Source of the DNA: Antedon mediterranea
Taxonomy: Eukaryota; Animalia; Echinodermata
Assembly (NCBI RefSeq): GCF_964355755.1
Contig: NC_092671.1
Coordinates: 34,978,304 to 35,042,303, forward strand
Direction: 5' to 3'
DNA length: 64,000 bases
In this document: piece by piece, positions 1 to 11,074 of the stretch
How the letters are laid out: the number at the start of each line of letters is the position of its first letter
Position numbering within the stretch: position 1 is the first letter of the stretch
The notes under the pieces: model-generated
Told to the model about the DNA's origin: nothing
What the model saw: only the letters and a program-made list of their open reading frames with translations
Database searches by the model: none
Position numbers and translations under genes: made by a program

Positions 1-337
1 TATTTTACATTTATATTTATTTTACCAAGAATACTTGTTTTTATTACATCCGTTGATAACCTGTACTATTATTACTTTTAAAAAAATCGTTTTTCTTCTT
101 AATCCCCTTCCCCCACCCCCTACGCATATTGAAATAGGCCTATTAAACTTAGACGCGATAAACCTACAACAATTACCGGTTGATTGTGTAGATAAATTGC
201 ATCTAATATTTCCTAATTGGTAATTAGTCTACGTAGCATAAATATTATAAGATCAGGGAATAGTAAAATTACACTCTTCCTGGTTGGTGCTGCAATAAAA
301 TCGCTTGAAAATATTTTATTAAAATATATGAAATAAT

Positions 338-484
338 TAACACATGGTGGCATTGCATGGCAAAGAGTAGCTAGAGATAGAAGTAATGGTCAATTGGTGA
401 AGAGGCCTTCGTCCTGCAGTGGAAAGAAATAGGTTAAGAAGAAGAAGAAGAAGAAGAAGAAGAATAATAATAATAATAATTAAT
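338..484 (+). mobile_element. RTE-clade LINE 3' end with (AGA)n(ATA)n tail
   Basis: Near-identical to 49629-49755; ends ...EAFVLQWKEIG* followed by a microsatellite tail. Confidence 0.8.
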
Positions 485-1255
485 ATCAATGAAACGTATC
501 TAAGAAAAATATGCACAGGGTTGAGCGGGACCTGCATCATCGTCGTAGTCTTGCCTTCGTGTTCCTATCAGTAGAAAGGCTGTGTAATAATTATTTCAAT
601 CACATCAAACAGCGATATTGATAATTGAATGGTTAATTATTTTGACTTCTGAAAGTATCGCTTAAATTTAGTTCAGAAATAATAAGAAAAAGTATATACT
701 TTTCTTTTACTTTTTCCTCTTTTTTATTTTGGCAAACTACCAATATGGTAGTATAAGTGGAATCATTCACTGTCCTCCTTAAAGGAGGAAGCCGGTTCAC
801 AACATATACACAAGATGCTTTACATAAACAAGTCTTTGAGGGTGAAATAAATACATTTTCATACATGTCCTTAACATTATCGCATAATTATTAACACGAT
901 TTGATTATATTTATTTCGATACGGTACCATACCGTACCATGAACAAAAAAGATAAACAACGCAATTATTGTGTATGGTACCGTGGATAACCCCAAATGCG
1001 ATTTACATCCTGAAGGGTCTCCCATATTAAAACACATTAGACAGTAGAATAATAATAACTTAACGCGATCCAAAATAGTGTCTCCTTAACACGAGTTTCA
1101 TAGGAGTTGTATACTTTATTAGTATAACAGTAACATTTTCTGATTATGCTGTATTTATTCATACATCATTATGAATCTTACTTTCTCGTCTTTCCGTCAC
1201 AGCTACAATAAGAACGAGGCATAAGAAAAAAGAATAACGTATGATGTCCTATAAC

Positions 1256-1540
1256 AGTGGAGCTGTGGGAGTGGAGCTGTGGCTTGGTGGTTATGATGCT
1301 TGGCTACCAATCTAAGGGTCCTGGGTTCAAGTCCTGTCATATGTCAGGGGTTTTTCTCATGACAATTTACAACTCCACTCCCAAAGACTCAATAATAAGT
1401 CTTTGTTTATGTAGAGCATCTTGTGTATATGTTTGTCTTGTGAAATTATTGAATAGTTTATCCATCCTGTAACGGGTTACTCGCTGTTGGATGAGTATGA
1501 AATAGAATAAAATAAAAAAATAAAAAAATAAAAATAAAAT
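1256..1540 (+). mobile_element. tRNA-derived SINE
   Basis: A box TGGCTTGGTGG, B box GGTTCAAGTC, A-rich (AAAAT)n tail; related fragments at ~790-845 (-), ~24915-24985 (-) and ~48925-49065 (+). Confidence 0.8.
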
Positions 1541-1852
1541 AACATATTAATATTAAAACAATTATATTGCTATCTTTAGATAGTATTTGAAGATGCTTCC
1601 TCCTAGTATAGGCCAATGTACACGCAAGTATTTCCACCCAATCACAAGTAACAGTTTAAATGACCCATCGATTGTACGTTACTTGTATTTGGTTTTTTCC
1701 ATCACTCTCCAGGGGTATGACATTTTGATTTCTAACCTCAATTTTTGTTAAACATCGATTAGTTTTGTAATCATTATTAATGAATAATTCATTGAAATTA
1801 TATACAATATTTTCAATAAATAATTTAAAGTTTTCCTGAGGGTTTTTAATGC

Positions 1853-1944
1853 GGCCTAGACACTTTAGGGTACGTGTACTGACACCTTGACATTGGCCTA
1901 GACACTTTAGGAGACGTGTACCGACACTGACAATGGCCTAGACA
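1853..1944. repeat. ~40-bp tandem repeat, ~2.3 copies
   Basis: ggcctagacactttagg(g/a)(t/g)acgtgtac(t/c)gacac recurs at 1854 and 1895, with a partial third copy at 1935. Confidence 0.8.
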
Positions 1945-3664
1945 ATTAAAAGGTATCGAACCTTTGCCTTGCCTTTAAAGCGTCATCCAAACAATTCGCC
2001 CTTTGATTATCCCTTAGATTACCTAATAAACAAATCCTCAATTATATGATGACATTAGTTTTTGACTTATTCAGAGTTTGCGAAGTCCCAATTAATCTTA
2101 TATGTTCCATACCATGTACAGTTTATTGACTTATTGAATAGAGAGAATACATCTTGCTAAATCTCTGAGCTATGAATCTCTGATAACTAGTTCCACTCCA
2201 TAGACGTGACGGTGTTAATTTTAAAAATTATTTAAAAATGTTTTGGTTGATCTCGCCAACAATATACACGACTTGAAGTGCTTGGTAGTTTGTGTGTCAT
2301 CAAACAAAATCCAACCTCAATTAATCATGGCTAGTAAGAATTGATGTATAGCACACACGACAAGATCAATAATATTTACAAAAGCCTTGCTTACGCGTGC
2401 GCATTAGCTTTTTTCTTTTAGCGATGTCGCGCCATGACGGCGCTATAACATTTTATCTCCGCATTTTCATTCCCAACATTCTTATTTCTATGCTTTTGTT
2501 ACTTGAAATAGAGAAAGAGCACAAAAGTCGGAAATACATACGAAAATCTAATTCTAAAAGTAACTGCTGGTTAGACAAATGGGTCGTACCTATCCCAGAA
2601 TATTAGTTTTGCTCCTCCAATAGGGCTTCTTACTGAAGATCGATATCAATATTTAGCGTCCTTGATACCACAGAAACGCACTAGCGCGCTCGCGTTGTCA
2701 AGATTTTTTTTTCTATACTAAAGCAGAAATGAGATAAGACGAACTTGTTCATCTTAAAGCAGGGTGCTGTTCGTCTTAAAATTTAATACAAAAATAAGCA
2801 AATCTTTTTTCTTAAATATATAATGAATTGGAATTAAGCAAAATTAAGGATTTAAGGCAAAGTTAAGACGATTTTTTTCCTAAGCAAAACCGGCCCCTGG
2901 TAAGAATTTATATAAGAAAACATGATTAAGATACATAATTGCAATGCTTTGGAAAAAATGTTATTTATTAAATCTGTCGATAGTAGCGTGACCAGAGAAG
3001 TGTGAACCCTCTTCCCTGGCGTGACTAAAGGCGTGGTAAAACCCCAGCCTTGTATGCAGCTATAATTGACGTAGGTGACATTTCTAGACAACTCATCCAT
3101 CCTGATATGCAGTTGATAGTACATTCATATAATACGGCTTATTCTTGAGTCTATTTACATTGTATGTGATCACACACATTATTTTAATTATAGATTTATC
3201 ATATCTCTTTACTGTGACATAGAATGACTCTCTAGCCTACGTGAACTAGACATTTGAAAATGTAACTCAACATAGTTTTTGAGATCCTCCGTTTTTTTCA
3301 CCATGTTAGGTCAGCTCTCATTAAACTTCGTCATTTTTAATGTCTTCTGCGTTGACATAATTTTGATTTAGCACTGAAGAATAATAAATAGCATTATCAC
3401 AAGAAACTCCACCTTCGTCTACGTTAGATGTTATTCTTATTCTCTTATTAACTACAAGTCTAATTTATTGTCATTATCTTGTGTTTCTGATTTGATAAAT
3501 TTATTGCTGAACACGATTCGGCGTAATGTTTGCCGATTAATAATAACTATTAACAATATAACAGTTACAGCAACGACGGCCCTTCCTATAACCACTCCCA
3601 CTATTACTAGTTCAGATGTTTTGTTATCAAGTTTAGATATAGGCCCATCAATACTACTATTAAA

Positions 3665-3788
3665 GTACTGATCATCCTACTGCGTTGGAACACCGGTTCT
3701 CGTCAGATCACCGAAGTTATAAGCAACGTTGGGCCCGGTTGCGTTCTGGATGGGAGACCGTCTAGAAATCGCGGTGGGTGCTGTATAT
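3665..3788 (+). pseudogene. 5S rRNA-derived sequence (SINE head / 5S pseudogene)
   Basis: aacaccggttctcgtcagatcaccgaagtta(t)aagcaacgttgggcccggtt...tggatgggagaccg matches metazoan 5S rRNA with indels; no oligo-T terminator follows. Confidence 0.85.
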
Positions 3789-4255
3789 ACTGGCGAGTGA
3801 TGGTGTAATGGTAATATCGGACTAGCATGTGATAGGCATGGGTTCGAGTTTATCTGTACCATACTAATTGCATCCTTAGGCAAAATGCTTTACTCCCATT
3901 ACCTCATCCTTCGGATGGGATGTAAAACCGTTGGTCTCGTGTACTTACTCTCCAATATGTGATATCTGTGTCATGTGACCTTTAAAGAACTTACACTATT
4001 CGGGCTGAACTTGATTAGTTTTAACTATTTTTTAGCCCTTCCCTTGATATAATTATTATTATTTGTATATTATTACAATGTTTATAATTTATATTTATGG
4101 GTAAATAAAGAAAGAAAGAAAGAAAAGAGTCTCCCGGTGGTGTGCTGATCTAGTAGGCGCTGCACTGCTGGCTGCCGTGGGTCCGTGGATGGCCCAATTT
4201 CCTTAGTTTCCAGTTAAGCTTGAGGACAAAATTGATATAAATACCTTTACCTCCT
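3665..4255 (+). mobile_element. Chimeric 5S rRNA + tRNA SINE with Meta/Deu-like central domain, interrupted by a ~120-bp insert (4003-4122)
   Basis: 5S head, then tRNA A box (3801-3811) and B box (3841-3850), ccttcggatgggatgtaaaaccgttggtc, tttaaagaac..acactattcg//aaaagagt..cccggtg, tail tacctttacct. Confidence 0.7.
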
Positions 4256-5103
4256 CCGACTAAATACAGTAGGTGGCCTGAAGTTTATTTAAAAAAAAAT
4301 ATCCTATTAGCACCACCACCCGTAGCCACAATTTAAGAATCTATAAAATTCGATGAAGAAGGGATTGAAGTCGAGATTGATAACCGGAATAAATTGCCTT
4401 ATGCAGTAGTCAATTTACAAAGTTTAACAAAAGATTGGAAAAGTGAAGTGAAGGTATATCATTTTTTGACTAAGATGCATAATTGACGGTGGTAAACTAG
4501 TCATTTTTTTAGTAGGCTTACAAACTTCAAAATACACACTGCAGCAGTTCTCCAGCAATATCCATCTTTGTCATTCCAAAACCTACGATAGAGGGTACTG
4601 TACTGTAAGTTTGTAGAAAAATAGTAGATCGTTAGAAATTATTGAGGAGGAAGAACATTGTATTGTGGTTGTATTATTTTCCCGTTTTGGTACAGTATCT
4701 GTGTTGCAACAAACATTATTTAGACTTTTTGTACTGATTCATATTCACCATCTTTCTTTGGCAATGGTGAAACTAAAAATATACCAACATATGTTGCATT
4801 AATAACATCATCACAAATATACACACTGTACACTATGGCTGTGTGTGTATATTTTACGTCGATCATCATTGGCTACAAGTTATGTGTCCCATACGGTTCC
4901 GCCAATCAAAACCTTATGCTTATTGATTGTTACGATTCGTCAATTTTAACCAATAGAATTTCATGACGTTGACATTTGTTTCATCTTTCAACAACAAGTC
5001 GTCACGGCGCCAGCGCGCACACGTCACTATAATACACATTACATGCGCATCGCACACGTCATTCTGTAATTGTGCGCGTAGTAAAGTAACTAGGCAGATT
5101 TAA

Positions 5104-6650
5104 AGGGGGGTTCCGGGTTTAAAATGAATAGTAAAAAATGTAAAATATATTTGTTTGTCTCTTGAACGGTAAAAGTTTCAATTTATATAAGCGCCCAGTG
5201 AAGCAGAACGAAGGCTGTGAAATCAGGCCAGATTACAAGTGCAGCTACGGCAAAATCACACTGTGGTTACAAAATAGGAAATTCGTGAAATGGTCCATCT
5301 TCCGACGACTCGTTATCATAAACCATATCAATTACTTTTGGAAAATTATACTTATCTGATGTAATTTTAGTCGGTCTTCCCATTTATAAAGTCAATTTTT
5401 TATGAAAATTCATCAAAACAGTGAAAAATTAGATATGTTTGCACTTTACGTTTGCCGATTTTCGCACCGACTTAGGGAAAAATCAAAATCAATGAAGCGT
5501 AACGTATACTGTACATTCCTGCTGAGGATCGAGGAGACGACGATACACGTGCTCTCTCTGCTGCCCATGCCTGGCATCGTCACGTGATAAGCAGATACAA
5601 CAATACCAAACTGGTCGGGTCGAGTATACCCCGTCTATAATCACAACATGAACGATGTACAGTATTTGATTGAAGGTCGACTTGACCTACCGGAATGGTA
5701 TAGATAATATAGCTCGAATGAGAGAGTTGGAATATTTGTGTAGTGCAGCCTATAGTAAAAGGCCTGGTAGTATCAATTCGCATAGGGTCTACTACACTAG
5801 CTAGCTCAATTTTTAACTGGGCCGGATCGGCTAGGTCTCCTTCCTACTACCTGGTCTACTTGAGAGTAAACTAAGCCTATTTTATTTTAGGCCTACTTAG
5901 ACGATCGGGACACCATACGTCGTGTGGACGGCGATCGGACCTTGTTTTGCTTCAATATTTACAGCCGATTTTGTAGAACGTTTTAGGTTTAGATTGTTTA
6001 GGAGTTTGGTTGATAGGATGGGTTTTGTTATTTATGGGCCAATCGTTTAGTAGTAGGCTAGCTAGGCCCATGGGCCCCATTGTTTTAACCTAGCCATCGT
6101 GGCATGGAATCCCTAGTCAGAATGGCTCTCGCCCATATTATTATTAGGCTAGGCCTAGAGTAGTATTGTACGTGAAGCCGATAATACGATCTGTACTATA
6201 GAGGTATAAAAATAGTATAATTTATGACTCCGTATCTGTACTAAATTTTGTATTTCATTAAATGTCAAATAAATATATGCTACTACTGTTATTATTACAC
6301 TTTAGGCCTAGCTTAGAAAATCTACAAAAAATGTATTTCACAATGATCGGGTGGTCGTCGTTTGACAGGGGAGAGAGATGTAAATTAGTTGACAAACACA
6401 ACGTACATGACGTCGCGAGTTTGGAATCCACTGGTGACGTGATTTTGTGAATATCTCATGAATATTAATGAGCTTCCCTAAGCTGCTGAAAAACAGACTT
6501 TCCATGAATTTACCCTAAAATGTATATGAAATTTAATTTTTTTAATTTCTCGTTATTACTTCTTCATTCTGACATGTCTATATTGTTATAATATTTTTTA
6601 TTTAATAAATAAACGATATTTAAAAGCAATTTTAAACCCAGAATCCCCCT
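5104..6650. mobile_element. Non-autonomous Kolobok-like DNA transposon
   Basis: TTAA on both sides (5100-5103, 6651-6654); TIRs agggggg ttccgggtttaaaat and attttaaacccagaatccccct; no intact ORF. Confidence 0.75.
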
Positions 6651-8169
6651 TTAAATCTCAATAGTAACATATCAAAACAATTCCCTCCTAGGAACCTAGT
6701 TACGTTATAATAATTCCAAATAATTTGTTGAAAAACCCCTTTTAAAAATACCTTTAATATTTCAATCATTCCTAAATAAGTAGTAAATCAATGAAATGAA
6801 CAATTTCATATAAAATAAAGTTATAAAATCGGTTATTTAAACAAAATATTTGATTAGACAGAAAGTAGGGTAGGATTTATGCATATCTTTAGTTTACTTA
6901 TTTTTGTTCTAAAAATATTATTAATCAGAATTTTTCTTACTTTAATATTAAAAATGTTATTTTATTATGCAATGCTATGTCCAGGCCTACATCTATATTA
7001 TGACTTCACTTGGAATCTACCAAGTTTATTGCCTTACTGTTCGATTTGAAATATCATCTTATTCTTACCTTTGTTATGTATTCGTGGAAATTTAGGTAGT
7101 CGTTTTGTTGCACCACAAAATAAGAAGAGAGACATAATGCGTTATTTTATGATATATATAGTAAATATAGGCCTAATACTAATAATATTTGATAAATTCA
7201 ATCGAAATATTTTGGAAAGAAACTAAGCACAGGACAACTAAGTAAGGAGATGATGTCTCTTCACCGTGTTGTCGGAGCTAACGCTTGTAGTATACTGATG
7301 TTTATTGGTTATGTACACAAACTTTATTCCGCGCAACAATTGTGACGTCATACGTGTCATTAGGACAATCAAATATGAATTACATATTTTGCGTCATTCA
7401 CTCACAGGTATCCTCTTTCTAGAATATTTTTTTACAAAAAACAATTAAAATTAATTAAATTGATTGCGATTTATTTACCGATCATTTTAAATATATTTGT
7501 ATAAACTATGATTAAATATCAGATAAACATATTATTTAAATGAAAGTATAAAGCAAAATTACAAATTAAGAAAAAGTATTTGTTTCTTGCAGTTTCCAAG
7601 GAAACAAGGAATACACAAATGCTCACATTGGTAACCTAAACAACACATGAAATTTAAAAAGAAAACCCGAAATTGAAAGACATTTTCTCAAAAATGATAA
7701 CATGTTGTTGTGTATTTAGTTCTCTGTTTAGTATATTTTTTCATAATTGTCACATAACAGCTATTTACTTTTACCAAAAATTAGATCGAATAAAAAAAAC
7801 CAGTTAGGCCTACCTGATAAAGTTGCATTATGGAAAAATAGTAAGTCAGTCTGGAAGAATTAGTTTCCCAACTTGTATGTTGATCTATGCATTTTTGTTA
7901 ACAGTTTTGATCAAATTGGAAATAATTAAAACTCTAAGATCGGATTCGAAAAGTATGTGTAGTAAGCTTCTCTGTCTGTAGATGGATTAACAAAGTGGTT
8001 TTAAAAGGCAAAAACAAACAACAAACACTAGGCCTACACGAACAAAATAAAGGACAAACAAAATATCAAAAAACTTAAAATGAAATGTGTTTTTTAAGCA
8101 ATTTATAAATAAATACTAGAACAAAACTGAAAACGGTTGAAGTTTTATTTCCTAAAAATAAAGTTTACC

Positions 8170-8572
8170 GTAAAAATACCGTATTCTAAAAGTTGTATTG
8201 AGTGCCCTCTACGCGATAAACAATGTAAACGTATAGAACTCCAGAATAAGTTAAATGTCCTTAGTACTATATACGGTAAATCAAATAAACAAAACTTTAG
8301 TTTAGTTATAACATGGATGATTTTTACCTCCATGGTTAATAATAATTCGTATTCTAAAAGTTGTGTTGTAGCGCCCTCTACACGATAAACATTTTACGGT
8401 TGAATCGCTCGCTCGAGCTAACTTGTTTTGTTGTTGTTTGATGTCAAAAGTACGTAAACACGGTTCTCTTGTCTAGTAGTATTTCTTTAATTTGCTTGCT
8501 GATAAACATTGTCATCTCATTTATTCGGTATCGTTGGCTAGCTTCCTTCATCGTAATCACGTGCAGGTAAGT
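8170..8572 (+). promoter_or_regulatory. Candidate promoter and non-coding first exon of RAB3IP
   Basis: CpG-retaining region ending in a consensus donor CAG|GTAAGT at 8566/8567; most non-transposon DNA downstream of ~11 kb is CpG-depleted; no + strand coding exon found before 23934. Confidence 0.45.
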
Positions 8573-8702
8573 TTATACATCTCTATTTTGGAATTATTAT
8601 GGTTTAAGTTCCTGTACGGTACTTTTTCAGTTTCTTTGCTGGTGGTTGAATGTGACTTTTTGTTTACCTGGTACGATCCATCCAGGTATCACATTGCATC
8701 TG

Positions 8703-8749
8703 CCGTACGCTGATGAGACAGGAGATCCTGTGAGACTAGCTTTCGACGG
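8703..8749 (+). ncRNA. Degenerate minimal type I hammerhead ribozyme motif
   Basis: ccgtacg CTGATGA gacagg agat cctgt GAGAC tagcttt cgacgg: stems I and II pair, but GAAA is mutated to GAGA. Confidence 0.4.
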
Positions 8750-9766
8750 TTTTACAACTACTATTATTATTAACTGTATTATTACCATAGCCTAGTTGTG
8801 GTTGGTTTAGTTCATGCTCCAGTGCTTTATGTACCTAAAGTTGATGAATGATCTGAGTACAATGACCACCCCGCAACCACCCTCCCCCTCTTCCTCTCCC
8901 CCTTCCTCTCCCTACTCCCTCTCCCTCCCCTCAACAAAGTCTATATTAGCTTGACTGGAAAGGGAAAACAGTAGTATAGCGATAATTATGTGTCATGACA
9001 AGGCCTGCAAAGTTCTCCAATCCTGAAATTTGATCATGCATACGTATGATTCTCGAAATCTATGTGTCAATTATATACTGTATATTATAACATAAATAAT
9101 TGGTAAGTAAATAAGTTTATCAATACATCCCCTGAATTTAGGTGTCATAATTGGTGTCAAAACCAAACAAATTTGTTGAATGATATATTTATTCTTTACA
9201 CATGCTACAGTAATATAAGAATTAAACAAAAAAAAGTGGTAAAAGTACTTTAGTATGACCTTAGATTAAACTTAAACCTTTCTTTTAAATTTGAAATAAA
9301 TAAAATACCAATACAAGGTCAAGCAACTAATGTTTATATTTAATAGTTAGATTTTCTGGTCTGTGATTGAAAATTACATTGAAGTGACCAAGGAGCTTTA
9401 ATAAGAATAATAATAATAGATAATAAGAGAAAAGAGTGGAAAACAAAAGGAAGAGAACAAAAAGACAAAAACACCAAGCTAGCACCCAAACCGGAGTATG
9501 GGGATACACCATCACTGCTGGGGATCAGCGTGCATGGAAGTGCAACCCTTAATCCAGTCTGAGCTTCCGTTTAAACTGGGCTCACAGATACTGTGTTATG
9601 TCATAGCTGTCCTGGTTTTGATATACACAATTCAGCATTTGTTGATTGATTTTATTTAATAAGAAATAATATAGTATACTGTACAAGTGCGATGGTACAA
9701 ATATATTGATGATGTGAAAGATTTACTTTCGCGTCGTTAGGTCTTCTACCGTCAAAAATATAAATA

Positions 9767-11074
9767 CAGTCAACTCTCCCAATACCGGACACCCTTGGGC
9801 GGGCATATATTTTCCGGTTTTTCGAAAGTCCGGTTTCCTGAAAACATATTTTTAAAGTCATCACGTTGTCACCGAATGCTGCCCGGTACGGTCTCCTAGC
9901 GTAGGGAAGGCCTAGGCTAGGCTATGATTGTGTCAATCTAGTTTTAATTAAATAAATACTGATAGGCCTAGGCCTACTTTATTAATATTAAGCTACAGTA
10001 ATTCAATTTACCTTTTTTAAAAGTTACATTATTTACTGTACCAATAAAACATGTTACAATAGTAAATTATTGTTTCTCAATGTGTTTTTAACGGCAAAAA
10101 GGCCTACGTACGTACGTACGGTGAACATAATTTCGGTCTGTTTATTGTTTTTCGTGAGCTAGCTAGCAGCAGCAGCATGGGTGAAGGGCTTTGATTGATG
10201 CGCATGTGCAGAGGTGTCATAATCAAATAAAAACGCCCACACCTAGACCACATGTTTTTTAAGCTCCTTTATTTTGACGTAATTTGATAGCAATGATGAA
10301 AATTGATTAGGTAAACGAGCCAAGCAATAATGACACAATAATTAATTGGTAACATTTCAAAGTTTATTAACACTAGTTAAGTCAAGTTCATTCCGTTTAC
10401 GTTTTGCCATAATGATTTCCAAATTTATAATGATGCACATTTTTAGTCCCGTTTTTAGTGAAACATTCCTTTTTAAAGTCCTATTGCAATTGTGAATTTA
10501 ACAATAATTTAAACAAAACAAAGACACAGGAATGTAAATTTAACTTTATTAAAAAACAATTCATATGCTAAAAAACAGGGAGTTGTTAACAACTCCCTGC
10601 TAAAAACAATAGACATTAAGACATAGCGCTTCGATGTGAAAAAGCCCACCGCAGTTCGATACGCAACAAAGCAATTGCCGCCTCGTGGGTTAACAATGAA
10701 CTGACCTGTCAATCACAGTGTAGTGCTCCATGGCAACATTATTTGATCGTACCGCGAAACGTCGCGCACTTCATGCATGGTGAGGGTATGGTTAAAAGCT
10801 TTTGTACATTGTGAATGTAGTGAATCCGAGTCAGCGACGACGATGTTACGTTGTTTTCGTAAATATTTGGAGTTTTTTAACCGTCAGTCCGGTTTTCAGA
10901 CGCTAATTTTCGTGTTTTGTACTTCATAATTTGTCCGGATTCCGGAATTGGGTATTCCGGTTTTCATAATAAATTACAGTACATTTAGAATAGGGACAAA
11001 TTGGGCCCTCCAAAAAAGTCCGGTTTTTCGTGAATTCCGGTTTTGGGAGAGTCCGGTATTGGGAGAGTTGACTG
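9767..11074. mobile_element. Non-autonomous Tc1/mariner (pogo/Tigger-like) element
   Basis: Perfect 24-bp TIR cagtcaactctcccaataccggac, TA on both flanks, repeated subterminal tccggtttt motifs. Confidence 0.9.

Noticed and set aside
337-540. Hydrophobic poly-Ile/Leu ORF
   Set aside because: Antisense translation of the LINE microsatellite tail.
1265-1340. tRNA gene (also 3795-3860 and 33748-33805)
   Set aside because: A and B boxes are present, but no complete cloverleaf or acceptor stem; these are SINE heads.
3665-3788. Functional 5S rRNA gene
   Set aside because: It has indels and substitutions, degenerate ends and no T-run terminator, and it runs directly into SINE sequence.
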